Positions 62,739-64,000 of a DNA stretch of 64,000 nt are shown here, piece by piece; the stretch's first letter is position 1, and each line of letters starts with the position of its first letter. Under the pieces are notes generated by a model. That model was not told where the DNA came from and made no database searches. It saw only the letters and a list, made by a program, of their open reading frames with translations. The stretch is from Podarcis gaigeae. Lineage: Eukaryota. A program made the translations under genes and the position numbers. Location of the stretch: the NCBI GenBank assembly GCA_964106915.2, contig OZ066917.1; one strand, written 5' to 3'.

Positions 62739-64000
62739 TATTAAAATGGAATTGTCCCAGTGCTCCCTGCTTGTCAGCTCACTTCTACCAAAGGGGTGCT
62801 AGGCAAGGGAGTGAGCTCTCTTATAACCCCAATGTTTGGCATGCAGTTTCTCTCTTCTAACCTGAGGAATGAACCAGAAACCCACATGCTACAATGCAGT
62901 TAGTGCCACTTCCTATGAAGCAGTTGAGAAGCCATTAAGAAAAGGCATTGTGAGCCAAAATGAGGAAGGGATGGTGACAAGCCGTTCTCTCTCACCCATA
63001 CTTTCCCTTCGCAGCTGTTTTCCTGCTAGAAGAAATCAAGAAAACCCAGATTGTAAATTGTCATGATGCTGTACTGTCTGATTCAGCCCATACCAAATTT
63101 CAGCTGTGCGTCACTGGAAACTCTCCTGCTGCTCCATGCCTGAAAGGGGGCTCCACAACCCTCCACTGCTTGCTCCTTGCTGAAGCATTGCATGGTATTA
63201 AGAGACAACCTTTTGCTCACAAGTATCTTAACAGTTCTGCAGCACGGGGGCTCTCTTGTTTTTGCACATCCTGGCAATTACATCTTGGTATAATTCTGAA
63301 TGATCAATCTCTAAGCCCCCACCATGCTCCCAGAACTATTGTTATCATGGTTCTGGGGGGGGGAATTACTGGGCAACTGACCCAAATCAAGAATAGGGAA
63401 GCTGTGGCCCCGCAGATGTCATTGGACTCCGCCTCACATCAGCCACAGGCACCATGGCAAATGGTCAGAAATAATGACAATGTGGCCCCCCAAACATCTG
63501 GAGGGCCACAGGTTCCCCATCCCTGGCTTAAGTTTATAACATAGCTTCAACCTTTTGGCAGACAAGGGTACTTAGAACTCATTTTCAAACTTCTCTAATC
63601 ATGTTTTGACTTGAGCGTGTACCATGTTTTGGCAATCTATCCGTTATAGAAAAACTTTAGTTTTAATATTCTCAGGTGCAAGCAAATCTCTGTCTCTGTA
63701 TAATTACACTAATCTTTAAAAGCCCCAATTACATTTATTGTAATGGGACTAAAGATGTAAGAAAAAGTTTCCTACCTCAAAATAGCTTCTATTTTGTGGG
63801 TATGGCAATAGACAACAGATGGGGAAAGAAAAAGGAGTAGAAACCCAGGCAGTCAATTCAACAGCTGCAAAACCATTCCTAATTTCTTTTGTAATTTTGA
63901 TTAATTTTGAATTAAGTATGAAAATAGGGAAGCTTGTAGTTTTTATCTTAATTACTGCATTTCAATAATGCTCTCACTATCACTCAAAACATCAGACTGA

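Noticed and set aside
53500-64000. Exons of NDUFV3/WDR4, expected upstream of PKNOX1 by synteny
   Set aside because: No recognisable coding exon; the short ORFs here look random or repeat-derived.

Overview
Vertebrate genomic DNA, most likely from a squamate reptile. The repeat content (CR1, tRNA-derived SINEs, hAT/Tigger/Tc2 MITEs, a Penelope-type fold-back) suggests a lacertid lizard; this is an inference. The window covers the conserved CBS-PKNOX1 tail-to-tail block. (1) + strand: the last 12 coding exons (2831-14555) of a cystathionine beta-synthase family gene. Its active-site loops are clearly diverged from canonical CBS, so it is probably the sauropsid CBS duplicate, cysteine lyase (CBS-like). 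(2) - strand: a complete PKNOX1/PREP1 gene (10 coding exons, 436 aa, non-coding exon 1 in a CpG island). (3) Between them, a compact two-exon + strand gene (TATA box, non-coding exon 1, single coding exon, AATAAA). It encodes a 169-aa secreted protein consisting only of a fibulin-2 N-terminal (Na) cysteine-rich module with all 22 Cys. This is the best candidate for an undescribed system. Other points: a PBX-HOX plus PBX-PREP motif pair at the PKNOX1 exon 1/intron 1 boundary, a Tc2-type MITE carrying a 119-bp all-palindrome satellite, a tailless 28S rRNA 5'-end retrocopy inside a CR1, and a Penelope-type inverted repeat with minimal hammerhead ribozyme motifs. All homology statements come from recalled reference sequences compared by eye; no searches were run.
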